From a virus, in the IMG/VR virus record IMGVR_UViG_3300017963_002783, positions 5,471 through 69,470 of that record: a DNA stretch of 64,000 nt; one strand, written 5' to 3'. Both the position numbers and the translations under genes were made by a program. The first letter of the stretch is position 1. Every line of letters starts with the position of its first letter. Below are positions 10,349 through 19,420 of the stretch, piece after piece. The notes below the pieces were generated by a model, which saw nothing but the letters and a program-made list of their open reading frames with translations, did not search any database and was not told the DNA's origin.

Positions 10349-10790
10349 GTTCTTTTTTTATCAAGGTACAAGGGTAGGAAAAAATGGAAAACAATTCAAA
10401 CTTTTCAAGTTCAGAACAATGCATCATGATGCAGACGCTAATGGGCCTTTTTCTGTTAGTGAAGAGGATGCGCGGGTCACAAGCATTGGAAGAGTTATTA
10501 GAAAAACTCACCTCGATGAACTCCCCAACCTTATTAATGTTATTAGTGGAGACATGCGATTATTTGGTCCTAGACCTGAAGTTCCCCACTTCATAAATAA
10601 GATGCCCCCCACTATCCGAAAGGTCGTCCTGAGCGTGAAGCCGGGATGCATCGACCTTGCCACCATGAGGAACCTGGACGAAGGCAATAAGCTCAAGGAC
10701 AGTGACAACCCTGACCTTGTGTACGAAAAAGAAATCTGGCCTGAAAAGTTGAGGTTGCAATGCCAGAGTATTCTCAAGATTTCCTTATAA
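10320..10790 (+). CDS. Bacterial sugar transferase (PglC/WcaJ-type phosphoglycosyltransferase catalytic domain)
   Basis: RVGKNGKQF, KFRTM, LDELP, GDM..GPRPE and VKPG motifs; the usual N-terminal membrane helix is not evident. Confidence 0.85.
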   Translation: MASRTHSLFEFFFYQGTRVGKNGKQFKLFKFRTMHHDADANGPFSVSEEDARVTSIGRVIRKTHLDELPNLINVISGDMRLFGPRPEVPHFINKMPPTIRKVVLSVKPGCIDLATMRNLDEGNKLKDSDNPDLVYEKEIWPEKLRLQCQSILKISL

Positions 10791-11737
10791 GATTATATCG
10801 GGAGATGTACCGGATACGGGCTTTCGAAGAGGCCCTCATAAACCCCATCCTGTCGGGTGAGGTCAAGACTCCCTGCCATCTTTGCTCCGGGCAGGAAGCT
10901 GTCGCTGTAGGGGTCTGTCAGGCACTCCAACCCACGGATGTTGTTTTTGGCAACCACCGCAGCCACGGCCATTATCTGGCCAAAGGCGGGGATATGAAGG
11001 CCCTCGCAGCGGAGATTTGGGGCAAGGAGAGGGGATGTTCCAGGGGCAGGGGCGGCTCCATGCACATCACGGCCCCCGAAGTGGGCTTCATGGGGGCAAC
11101 CCCTATCGTTGCGGGAACCGTGGCTTTAGCTTTGGGTGCGGCCCTAGCCTTCAAGATAAGAGGTGAGAACAGGGTTGCCGTGTCCTTCTTTGGCGACGGG
11201 GCCATGGGGGAGGGTGTTATCTATGAAGCCCTTAATTTTGCAGGACTTCATGATCTTCCTATCCTGTTTGTGTGCGAGAACAATTATTACGCAACCCACA
11301 TGCCGATTCAGAAATGCATGAGATGGAACACGACTGTAACGGATCATGCTTGTGGATTCGGTGTGCCAATTTATACGGTAAACGGCAATAAGGTTCTGGA
11401 TGTTTTTTGGGCGTTGCGGAATTACCTAAGAGATGGTCCGTTTTTTTTGGAGTGCAATACGTACCGTCTCCGAGGTCACGTAGGCCCTGACGACAACATC
11501 CAGGCTGAACACAGAGACATCAGGCCGCCTGAAGAAATCGAGGAATGGAAGGCTAAGGACCCCATAGAGACCTTCAGGCAGCACCTTTTCGACAAAACCC
11601 ACGACTTCATGACGGAGGACAATGCTCTCAGAAAGGTAGAGCGGGAATCACAGGAAGAGGTTCAGGAAGCCATCGAGTTCGCCCGCACGTCCCCCTATCC
11701 CAAGAAGGAAGAATTAATGAGGTATGTGTATGCGTAA
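10760..11737 (+). CDS. TPP-dependent dehydrogenase E1 alpha-like subunit
   Basis: GQEAVAVG, HRSHGHYLAKG, GRGGSMH, GDGA...NN TPP motif, TYRLRGH. Confidence 0.92.
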   Translation: MPEYSQDFLIRLYREMYRIRAFEEALINPILSGEVKTPCHLCSGQEAVAVGVCQALQPTDVVFGNHRSHGHYLAKGGDMKALAAEIWGKERGCSRGRGGSMHITAPEVGFMGATPIVAGTVALALGAALAFKIRGENRVAVSFFGDGAMGEGVIYEALNFAGLHDLPILFVCENNYYATHMPIQKCMRWNTTVTDHACGFGVPIYTVNGNKVLDVFWALRNYLRDGPFFLECNTYRLRGHVGPDDNIQAEHRDIRPPEEIEEWKAKDPIETFRQHLFDKTHDFMTEDNALRKVERESQEEVQEAIEFARTSPYPKKEELMRYVYA

Positions 11738-11978
11738 ATCGTATCAGTTTTACATCAGGGTAAAATATCAATTCTGGAAACTTTACTGGAAGGTTCGAAG
11801 AACTAAAAGGCCGAAAATATGGCATGAATTGATGTTCGACCTCACAAACAGAAAAGGGATCGCTGTGGGAAAGATTTATCCTTATGGCAATCCAGTAACC
11901 GGAGAAGGTTGCTCCACCAAAGTCATTTTCAATTCAAAAGACTTTGGCATCGTTGCTTACAAGTCAAAGGCAGAATGA
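11724..11978 (+). CDS. Hypothetical protein
   Basis: AT-rich ORF inserted between the E1 alpha and beta genes. Confidence 0.45.
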   Translation: MCMRKSYQFYIRVKYQFWKLYWKVRRTKRPKIWHELMFDLTNRKGIAVGKIYPYGNPVTGEGCSTKVIFNSKDFGIVAYKSKAE

Positions 11979-11989
11979 GGTAAGAAGCT

Positions 11990-12346
11990 ATGCCTAAATG
12001 GGACTTTGCATCAGTCAATGCCGAACCAAAGATGATATTGTGGAGAAACGCAGCTAGAACACGACTCCCTGATTATGATTGCGTTGATTCTCTTGAAACG
12101 AAGGAAAAACTATTTGATTTCGGAAACCAATTAGGGGTCTTGGCTGCCATGAGTATTCTTACGGAGGACGTCGCAGAGTTAAGAAAACCCCATGATTGGT
12201 GGCAAGCGTTCAAAGAACGATGGTTTCCTTCTAGGGCATTAAAACTTTGGCCCGTTGAATATGATTACGTTGACATAAAAGCACTTTATCCTGAAGCGAC
12301 CTTCAAGGATGAAACCATCATTTGGAAAGCCAAAAAACGAAAATGA
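11990..12346 (+). CDS. Hypothetical phage protein
   Basis: RBS GAGG; contains P.DWWQAFKERWFP; stop overlaps the next start (ATGA). Confidence 0.6.
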   Translation: MPKWDFASVNAEPKMILWRNAARTRLPDYDCVDSLETKEKLFDFGNQLGVLAAMSILTEDVAELRKPHDWWQAFKERWFPSRALKLWPVEYDYVDIKALYPEATFKDETIIWKAKKRK

Positions 12347-13011
12347 GACAGATAACTTACGTCCAAGCCATTAACGAAACCCTACATCAGCTAATGGAAC
12401 GAGATAGCAGGGTTTTTCTTATCGGCCAGGGAGTAACATCTCCGTGGTACGTGGGCGGCACCTGTAACGGTTTGCTCGACCGCTTCGGGCCTGAACGGGT
12501 CATTGACACCCCAATCAGTGAAAACGCCGTGGCAGGCGCGGCGGTAGGGGCTGCCGTTTCAGGTTTGCGCCCCATCCTGGTTTTCCCGCGCATGGACTTC
12601 ATGCTGTACGCCATGGATCCCATTATCAACCATGCCGCCAAGTGGCACTATATGTTCGGGGGCGAGGCGGGTCCCGTGCCTCTTGTAATTTGGACAATCA
12701 TTAATCGTGGGGGATGCCAGGGGGCACAGCACTCTCAGGATTTAAGGTGGCTGTTCAAGAAGATTCCCGGGTTGAAATGGACAAACCCGCAGACTCCCGG
12801 TGAAGTAAATGAATCGCTGATAGATGCTGTTCTGGACGATAATCCTGTGATGTTTTTTGATGATAGGGATAGATACGAAACGGAAGGTGAAGTCTATCCT
12901 TATGTTTTAAAGAAGAATCCTGGCTGCCCCTGTCCATGCTCTTTACCCTTAGAGGAGGAATACTTTGAAAGATTACAAGGTCCCCTTCATCAACTACCCT
13001 CGCGCCCATGA
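12343..13011 (+). CDS. TPP-dependent E1 beta-like subunit, lacking most of the C-terminal domain
   Basis: FGPERVIDTPISE, GLRPI, MDPIINHAAK, GAQHSQ, DDNPV; about 220 aa only. Confidence 0.85.
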   Translation: MRQITYVQAINETLHQLMERDSRVFLIGQGVTSPWYVGGTCNGLLDRFGPERVIDTPISENAVAGAAVGAAVSGLRPILVFPRMDFMLYAMDPIINHAAKWHYMFGGEAGPVPLVIWTIINRGGCQGAQHSQDLRWLFKKIPGLKWTNPQTPGEVNESLIDAVLDDNPVMFFDDRDRYETEGEVYPYVLKKNPGCPCPCSLPLEEEYFERLQGPLHQLPSRP

Positions 13012-14083
13012 CGCGCACAAGGAGGAATACGAGGAAGCCGTTCTCAAGTGCATGAGGAAAGGCTACCTGATTTACCGGAACGACCTCATTAAGTTCGAGG
13101 ATGAGTTCTCCAGCTATTGCGGCTGTCAGTACGGCATTGGCACCGGAAGCTGCACGGGTGCCATGTTCATTGCGCTTAAGGCTTTGGGGATAGGCCTGGG
13201 CGACGAGGTAATCACGGTCTCCCACACCTACATTGCCACCATAGACGTTATCAAGGCGGTAGGGGCGACACCCGTTCTTGTTGACGTGGAACCGCACAGT
13301 ATGGTTATGAACCCATGGCATCTAAAAGAAGCCATTAGCCCGCACACAAAAGCTATCCTTCCTGTCCACTTGAACGGCAGGATGGTTCACATGCCTGAGA
13401 TAATGGAGATAGCCGACAGGTACAACCTGTACGTCATAGAGGATGCCGCCCAAGCGGTAGGGGCCGAAATAGACGGCAAGAAAGCAGGCTCATGGGGCGA
13501 CATAGGCTGTTTCAGCTTCTACCCTGCCAAGATACTCGGCTGGTATGGAGAAGGCGGCATGGCGGTCACGAATAATTCATATTTAAAAGATATGATGTTT
13601 CCGCTTAGAGACCATGGCGAATTTCCAAACTATAGGTATCCCCCAGAGTTTCGCAATGACCCTGAATTGATAGGAATTTGGGGCTACAACACCATTCTGG
13701 ACAACATGGCCGCCGCCGTGCTCAGGGTGAAGCTCAAGTATCTACCGGAAACACTTGAGCGCAGAAGACAGATCGCAAGACAATATTTGTCAGCGTTTTG
13801 CAGGCCAGAATGGGATTTGCATCAATCGTGGCAGAACTACGTCCTGAAGGTTCCGGACGGCAAGCGGGACGCTCTCCAGCACTACCTTTACGACCAGGGC
13901 ATCGAAACGATGGTCCACTGGCGCACCCCGAACCACAAGCAGAAAGCCCTCGGGCTTCATTTCCACTTGCCCGTAACGGAAAGTTTGTCGCAAGAGGTAT
14001 TGTCCTTACCCCTTTATCCTGAGTTGGCAGATTTCGAGGTAGAGTATGTTATTAAAGCTGTTAAAGCGTTCTTTGAGTCATGA
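12965..14083 (+). CDS. DegT/DnrJ/EryC1/StrS PLP-dependent sugar aminotransferase
   Basis: GDEVIT, ILPVHLNG, IEDAAQA, FSFYPAKILG (PLP lysine), LSLPLYP. Confidence 0.95.
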   Translation: MKDYKVPFINYPRAHDAHKEEYEEAVLKCMRKGYLIYRNDLIKFEDEFSSYCGCQYGIGTGSCTGAMFIALKALGIGLGDEVITVSHTYIATIDVIKAVGATPVLVDVEPHSMVMNPWHLKEAISPHTKAILPVHLNGRMVHMPEIMEIADRYNLYVIEDAAQAVGAEIDGKKAGSWGDIGCFSFYPAKILGWYGEGGMAVTNNSYLKDMMFPLRDHGEFPNYRYPPEFRNDPELIGIWGYNTILDNMAAAVLRVKLKYLPETLERRRQIARQYLSAFCRPEWDLHQSWQNYVLKVPDGKRDALQHYLYDQGIETMVHWRTPNHKQKALGLHFHLPVTESLSQEVLSLPLYPELADFEVEYVIKAVKAFFES

Positions 14084-14804
14084 TCAGAGAACGGCTATCG
14101 TCAATGCCTGCCCGGATTCGTTGTTCGCATGGATTACGAATCATAGAAACAATGGGGTCACTATTGAGCGGTCAGGTTTTTATTGGGTGATCTCCTCGGA
14201 CGGAATTACTCTCAGGTCCCCCACTCCCAAAATGACGGGCTTTGGCCTAAACTACTTTAAGCACAAATTTCTCAAGTATTTCACCATCGAAAAAGACGAT
14301 ACTTGCTTGGATATCGGGGCCTGCATTGGTGACACGACTTTGGCTATGGTTAAGCTCGGATGTGGCAAGGTTTGCGCCGTTGAGCCCGACCCCATAAACG
14401 CCATGTATTTGCGGTATAATGTTGGACACTTAGCCGATGTCTACGAAATTGCCATATCGGACAAGCGCGGGCAGGCCACCCTGCATGTTGCCAGAAGCAT
14501 TGCAGGGCATTCATTGGCGGATTACAGGACCAGGCGCTATGACAGCATCGAAGTCGATTGCGTCACTTTGAACCAGTTAAGTTGTGTGACTAATCTTTGG
14601 GATTTCGTCAAGATTGATGTTCAGGGCAGTGAAGAGACAGTTTTCCGGGGGCAGGAAAAGTTTTTAAGTCAAGTCAAGAAGATGGTAGTCGAGACCCATA
14701 AATGGCGCGAGGGAGACACTGCGCCATCTCTTTACCAGTTTTTGGAACCCCACTTTAAAAACGTGAGATTTGATAATAGGCTGTTTTATTGCTGGAATGA
14801 TTAA
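14046..14804 (+). CDS. FkbM family methyltransferase
   Basis: LDIGACIG, AVEPDP, VKIDVQGSE. Confidence 0.88.
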   Translation: MLLKLLKRSLSHDQRTAIVNACPDSLFAWITNHRNNGVTIERSGFYWVISSDGITLRSPTPKMTGFGLNYFKHKFLKYFTIEKDDTCLDIGACIGDTTLAMVKLGCGKVCAVEPDPINAMYLRYNVGHLADVYEIAISDKRGQATLHVARSIAGHSLADYRTRRYDSIEVDCVTLNQLSCVTNLWDFVKIDVQGSEETVFRGQEKFLSQVKKMVVETHKWREGDTAPSLYQFLEPHFKNVRFDNRLFYCWND

Positions 14805-15198
14805 GGGACTTGCAAGATTTCTTCTAACGCTCTGGAAGTTCAGGGATGTTCAGCTTGCCCTGTGTGCCGATATTCGCAATATCCGCACCATCCCGAAATC
14901 GACAGAGTTTGCCCATCACGCTTTTGGCGCCGTGATTGGCGGGGATGTCATAATGGGTGAGCATTGCATTATTCATCCCGGGGTGCTCATAGGTAATCGG
15001 GTCCCAACGGATGTACCCATGCAGCCGATTCTTGGCGACAATGTGGTGGTTTATCATCAATCTACCCTTCTGGGCAATATTCGGATAGGGAACGGCGCGA
15101 AAATCGGGGCGCACAGTCTTGTACTGAAGGATGTTCCCGAAAACACCACGGCTTATGGAGTGCCAGCGAAGGTAAATGTGGCGAAACATGAAAGCTAG
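14797..15198 (+). CDS. Hexapeptide-repeat (CysE-like) acyltransferase
   Basis: Left-handed beta-helix repeats; IGAHSLVLKDVP....GVPAK. Confidence 0.85.
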   Translation: MIKGLARFLLTLWKFRDVQLALCADIRNIRTIPKSTEFAHHAFGAVIGGDVIMGEHCIIHPGVLIGNRVPTDVPMQPILGDNVVVYHQSTLLGNIRIGNGAKIGAHSLVLKDVPENTTAYGVPAKVNVAKHES

Positions 15199-15817
15199 GT
15201 TTTTCTACAAGGCTGCCATTTTCTGGAAATACAGGCATTTATGGGATGGCAGATGGGGTGCAGGTTATTCAAACAATCAAGCCCTCTATCACAAGCACAG
15301 GAAGTTCATCCTGGAGGCTATGGCGAAGTATGCGCCCTACTGTGATCTGAACGTCCTAGAGCTTGGTTGTGGCGCGGGCGCCAACTTGAAGCGCATCCAG
15401 ATTAGATGGCCGTGGGCGCAGGTAACGGGTATTGACGTCAGCCAGGAGGCCGTCAATGAGGTGAAAAGTCTCGAGTGGGAAGATGGACCCGCTACGTTTA
15501 AGTGCCAGGATATTCGTGAGGGCAAATGGCGGAACGATCGTTACGACATTATACTCACGGATGCTATGCTGATATCCCTAAGACCGGAAACTCTTAGGAA
15601 GGTTTTGGCTTATTGCCTTGAGGCGGCAAGTATGGCGTTGGTATTTTGCGAGTGGCATCATTATGGCTCAGGTGGATTCATTGATGAAAACCATTGGGTG
15701 CATAACTACCTGGAGTTTTTTCCCAAAGCGGTGATAACGAAAATACCGCCCGAGCTTTGGCCAGGAGGAGGGGGCTGGGAAAAATACGGCAGTATCATAG
15801 AGGTTGATTTGCGATGA
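15188..15817 (+). CDS. Class I SAM-dependent methyltransferase
   Basis: VLELGCGAG and GIDVS motifs. Confidence 0.85.
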   Translation: MKARFFYKAAIFWKYRHLWDGRWGAGYSNNQALYHKHRKFILEAMAKYAPYCDLNVLELGCGAGANLKRIQIRWPWAQVTGIDVSQEAVNEVKSLEWEDGPATFKCQDIREGKWRNDRYDIILTDAMLISLRPETLRKVLAYCLEAASMALVFCEWHHYGSGGFIDENHWVHNYLEFFPKAVITKIPPELWPGGGGWEKYGSIIEVDLR

Positions 15818-15988
15818 AGCGATCCGAAGCCGAAGCGTTTGCGCGAACCATTATCAAAAAATGCGAAGAGAGACATATCTGGTACGATGTGCATAAAAGT
15901 TCCCGGCCCAAGCTGGGCAAGATAGAGATTGTCATATCATTAAAAGTAGACTCTGACGACTAAGTAATACTCAAACGAGCACCGAGGT

Positions 15989-16048
15989 AAAGGGCCGTTG
16001 AGGATTGCATCTAGTTCGCTAGGTGTGTTCCTTGACGGCCCTTTTTTT
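15989..16048 (+). terminator. Long hairpin (UUCG-capped) plus T-run upstream of the scaffold gene
   Basis: AAAGGGCCGTTGAGGA pairs with TCCTTGACGGCCCTTT; apical CTAG-TTCG-CTAG; T-run follows. Confidence 0.65.
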
Positions 16049-16079
16049 ATTTCCACGAACACGAAAGGAGAAACATCTG

Positions 16080-17105
16080 ATGGCTAAGGAGACAGACGGA
16101 ACAGGGGCTCCTGGGAGTGCCGAAGATCAAGTGGCCGGCGACGAGACTCAGGACGAAAGCCAGGACGTTTGGAACGTAGAGGGTAATTTACCTGACGACA
16201 TGAAGCCGGACAAGAAGGCAGTTCCGACACCCAAGCAAAAGCAGCCGGGGGAAGAACCTCCACCCGCCAAAGAAGAGGGCGAGGAAGAAGAGGAACCGGC
16301 AGAAGAAGTTGAGGAAGAAGAGCCGTCTTCTGAAGAGGCGCAACCTACGGAGCGCGAAATGGAGCTCGAAAGGCAGGTTGCAGAACTGACAGGCCAGATG
16401 GGTCAGTTTCAGCAGATGCTGGAATACTATCAGGGGCTTGTCAACCAGGGCGTACCCCAGCAGGGGCAGCAGCAACAACCTGGGCAACCGCAACCTCAAA
16501 CCCCCGTGCCGGGGCAGCAACAACCCGGAACGGAAACCCAGATGCAGAAACCCCCGGAGGGAATACTAACTCCGGGCCAATGGGACAGCACCGATTGGGC
16601 AAAAGCCCAAGAGGACATGGGGAAATACTTCGATTGGCACACCAAATCGACCGTTCAGGAAAACTTGCAGAACGCTTATCAGCAAGCCATACAGCCCGTT
16701 TTTCAGGCTATCGGCAATCAGTTGAGTGCTATTCGGGAGATGGTCGTCAAGGCCCAGCATAAGGACTATGACGACGTTATCAAGGCGGTTCATGACGAAC
16801 TGTTCTATCTCGACCCGAACGGCAGACCGCTTGCCGAGAAAAATCCGGCCCTGATTAAGTATTTTCAGCAAGCACCCTTTCCCGAACTGGCCATGTACCA
16901 ATGGGGCCTATCGAAAAAAGCCCCCGATAAGATCAAGGAAGCTGCACGGAAAGGCTCAAAGGAAACGGCGAAGAAAATCGCAGCGAAACCCAAAGGCCCT
17001 ACAAGGCCGAAAGCCTCTGCACCTCCCGGTGAGGGGCCTGCACTTGATTGGGATTCCGATGAGCAGACCGTTGAGGCGGAACTGGATAAGGCTCACCTCA
17101 TTTAG
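16080..17105 (+). CDS. Capsid scaffolding protein
   Basis: Acidic, Gln/Pro-rich, coiled-coil protein directly upstream of the capsid gene; RBS AAGGAG before ATG 16080. Confidence 0.7.
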   Translation: MAKETDGTGAPGSAEDQVAGDETQDESQDVWNVEGNLPDDMKPDKKAVPTPKQKQPGEEPPPAKEEGEEEEEPAEEVEEEEPSSEEAQPTEREMELERQVAELTGQMGQFQQMLEYYQGLVNQGVPQQGQQQQPGQPQPQTPVPGQQQPGTETQMQKPPEGILTPGQWDSTDWAKAQEDMGKYFDWHTKSTVQENLQNAYQQAIQPVFQAIGNQLSAIREMVVKAQHKDYDDVIKAVHDELFYLDPNGRPLAEKNPALIKYFQQAPFPELAMYQWGLSKKAPDKIKEAARKGSKETAKKIAAKPKGPTRPKASAPPGEGPALDWDSDEQTVEAELDKAHLI

Positions 17106-17157
17106 TAACCGTTCTTCCTTGGTCCTCTTTTTCACTCATTAAGGAGGAAGAACTGGT

Positions 17158-18186
17158 ATGGCCACTATTAAATTTACAGGACTTGTAAACAACGCACACA
17201 GGGTTCAGAGATGGGCCGTGCAGTTGTGGCATACGCATCAGAGAGATCAGTTCTTCAAGGGATATCAGGGAACCGGCCCGAACAACATTGTTCAGACCAA
17301 GTTGGACTTCACCAAGAAGGCCGGTTATCAGATGACCGAAGGACTGATTATGCCCTTTGAGGGCGCCGGGGTTGTAAACGACGAAGTGTTGGAAGACCAG
17401 GAAGAGGCCCCGGACTTCCATTCCATGACCTGGACGATTTCTCAGTTGAGAAATGCCGGTCGGGTGGAAGGCGAAGAGACAACCCAGCAGGTGGAATACA
17501 ACCTGCCTGAAGAGACCAGGATGGGCCTGGGCGACTGGATGGCCGAAAAGAGAGACGAGGCCATTTTTACCGCCGCTCATGGCTCCTGTACGAAAATCTT
17601 TTACGTGAACAACAGGGCAGGCACCGCGACAGTCGTTGCGGCTGACCTTTTGACCCTGGCGGATATTATCAAGGCGAAGACTTACGCCAAGTCCACCGCG
17701 GACCCGAAGATTCCGCCTTTGAAGATTTCCAACGTGAACAAGAAGAGTGTCTATCGCTATTTGTTCGTCATGCACGACCACGTAGCGTACGACCTGGCAG
17801 TCAATGACGCCACCTATCAGCAGGTGGCCCGTGAAGCCCGCGAGAGGGGTGGGGGAAACCCGCTGTTCTCGGGTGCCCTTCTGGACTGGATGGGCGTTGT
17901 GCTCCAGGAGCATGACAATGTATCCAACTTTGCCGGATGGGGTGCAAGCGCGGACGTTTATGGGAGTGAATCGCTCCTGATGGGGCGACAGGCCATCATT
18001 GTCGGCATTGGTGGATACCGCATGAGGGGCAAGAACGGCTACCTCAAGTGGGTGGAGAAAAAGTTCGACTATGAGAACCAATTCGGCATCGCTGTGGGCA
18101 TTATCAAGGGTGAGGCCAAAGCGGTTTATAACAGCAAGGACTTCTCCGTTGTTGCCTACCGGTCCGCCAGAACCAACGTGGCTTAA
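17158..18186 (+). CDS. Major capsid protein, N4-gp56/DUF4043 type
   Basis: KKAG, LEDQEE, QLRNA, NPLFSGA, GRQA and FDYENQ motifs of this family; strong RBS. Confidence 0.85.
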   Translation: MATIKFTGLVNNAHRVQRWAVQLWHTHQRDQFFKGYQGTGPNNIVQTKLDFTKKAGYQMTEGLIMPFEGAGVVNDEVLEDQEEAPDFHSMTWTISQLRNAGRVEGEETTQQVEYNLPEETRMGLGDWMAEKRDEAIFTAAHGSCTKIFYVNNRAGTATVVAADLLTLADIIKAKTYAKSTADPKIPPLKISNVNKKSVYRYLFVMHDHVAYDLAVNDATYQQVAREARERGGGNPLFSGALLDWMGVVLQEHDNVSNFAGWGASADVYGSESLLMGRQAIIVGIGGYRMRGKNGYLKWVEKKFDYENQFGIAVGIIKGEAKAVYNSKDFSVVAYRSARTNVA

Positions 18187-18225
18187 ACCTTAAGTTTTTA
18201 ACCCTAGATAAGGAGTTTACATAAA

Positions 18226-19125
18226 ATGAGCGGTGATGAAGAAAGATCACGGGAGGCTCTAAGCCAGCAAGAGGACAAGGATCTCTGGCAATCCTTTTTA
18301 CGGCTCACGGAGAATGATTTCATGTCGTGGGCCAAGGATCCGGAGAATCTGGCATCTGTGCAAAGCGCATCAGACCGCACGAAGAAGACTTACATTACGA
18401 AGTGGAAGAAGTATTCTGCGGAACCGTGTCCTCTTGAACCACCGGAGGATAAGCCGAAAGCCCCCGCTGTTATCTCCAAGAGAGAAGAGAGCGAGCCGGA
18501 AGCCCCTCCGGAAAGCCAGGATGTCGAATACCTCAGCTACGAGGAGTATTCCATGGGCAGTCGAGTAAACACCCTGGAATACTTCCGCGTACCCGACCAT
18601 GACGTGGACCCCGCGACCCATCCCGGGCCGTGGACGGAGCGTTGTGTTGGGCGCAATCAGGAGACTGGAAAGCTCCAGATGGTTCGCATCCCCGCACGGG
18701 ATTTTCCTGTCGAACCCCACATGGTAGTTCGCTACCGGGGAAGTGTGGTCCAGGACCACCAATCGGTCCACACGAATAGCGTTGTGTATAAGAAGCAGCG
18801 CCATGGGTACACTTTTGACAGGTTTTACATCAATCCTAGAAACAAGAAGCGGTACGACCGTTGCTGCCTTATCCTGGACCGGATTCATCAGGCCGGCCTG
18901 CTCTTTGAAAAATGGGTAGGCAGGGATAGGAAGGCGCGGGCCAGGCTGCGCAAACAGCGAGGAGCGCACGGGCAACCTTTAGACGAACCGATGTACGAAT
19001 TGATCGGGGCGACTGAGGGGGATTACCGGGACCTGAAGCGGCTGTTCGAGCGGCATTTCCTGAGAAGCATGAAGGACGAGCTGGCTGACGATATTGGCTT
19101 ACAGCTCCTTATCGGAACGTCATAA
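18226..19125 (+). CDS. Hypothetical protein
   Basis: RBS AAGGAG; 299 aa in the head operon. Confidence 0.6.
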   Translation: MSGDEERSREALSQQEDKDLWQSFLRLTENDFMSWAKDPENLASVQSASDRTKKTYITKWKKYSAEPCPLEPPEDKPKAPAVISKREESEPEAPPESQDVEYLSYEEYSMGSRVNTLEYFRVPDHDVDPATHPGPWTERCVGRNQETGKLQMVRIPARDFPVEPHMVVRYRGSVVQDHQSVHTNSVVYKKQRHGYTFDRFYINPRNKKRYDRCCLILDRIHQAGLLFEKWVGRDRKARARLRKQRGAHGQPLDEPMYELIGATEGDYRDLKRLFERHFLRSMKDELADDIGLQLLIGTS

Positions 19126-19146
19126 CAATAGGAGGCATTGACGCTT

Positions 19147-19374
19147 ATGGCCTTGGAACCAACCTACTACGACATTACGGACTTCAAGGAAACTGGTGTC
19201 TCCCAGGGCGATCTTGTGAAGGCCGTCTACAATCTGTGGAAGGCTATACACGCCATTTGCTACAACATTGACGAGGATACCGGCTCGCCGGGAACGGATT
19301 ATATGTCCAAGATCGGCACGGACCTCAACACGGCAATGGCGAACATTGGCACGCCCCACGGGGCCACCACATAA
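19147..19374 (+). CDS. Hypothetical small head-module protein
   Basis: RBS AGGAGG upstream. Confidence 0.5.
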   Translation: MALEPTYYDITDFKETGVSQGDLVKAVYNLWKAIHAICYNIDEDTGSPGTDYMSKIGTDLNTAMANIGTPHGATT

Positions 19375-19420
19375 CCTACCATAATTCATTAACTCTCTTC
19401 ATCGAGGAGGATTTTGACCT

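Noticed and set aside
10760-13011. Pyruvate dehydrogenase auxiliary metabolic genes
   Set aside because: No E2 or E3, truncated beta subunit and sugar-cluster context.
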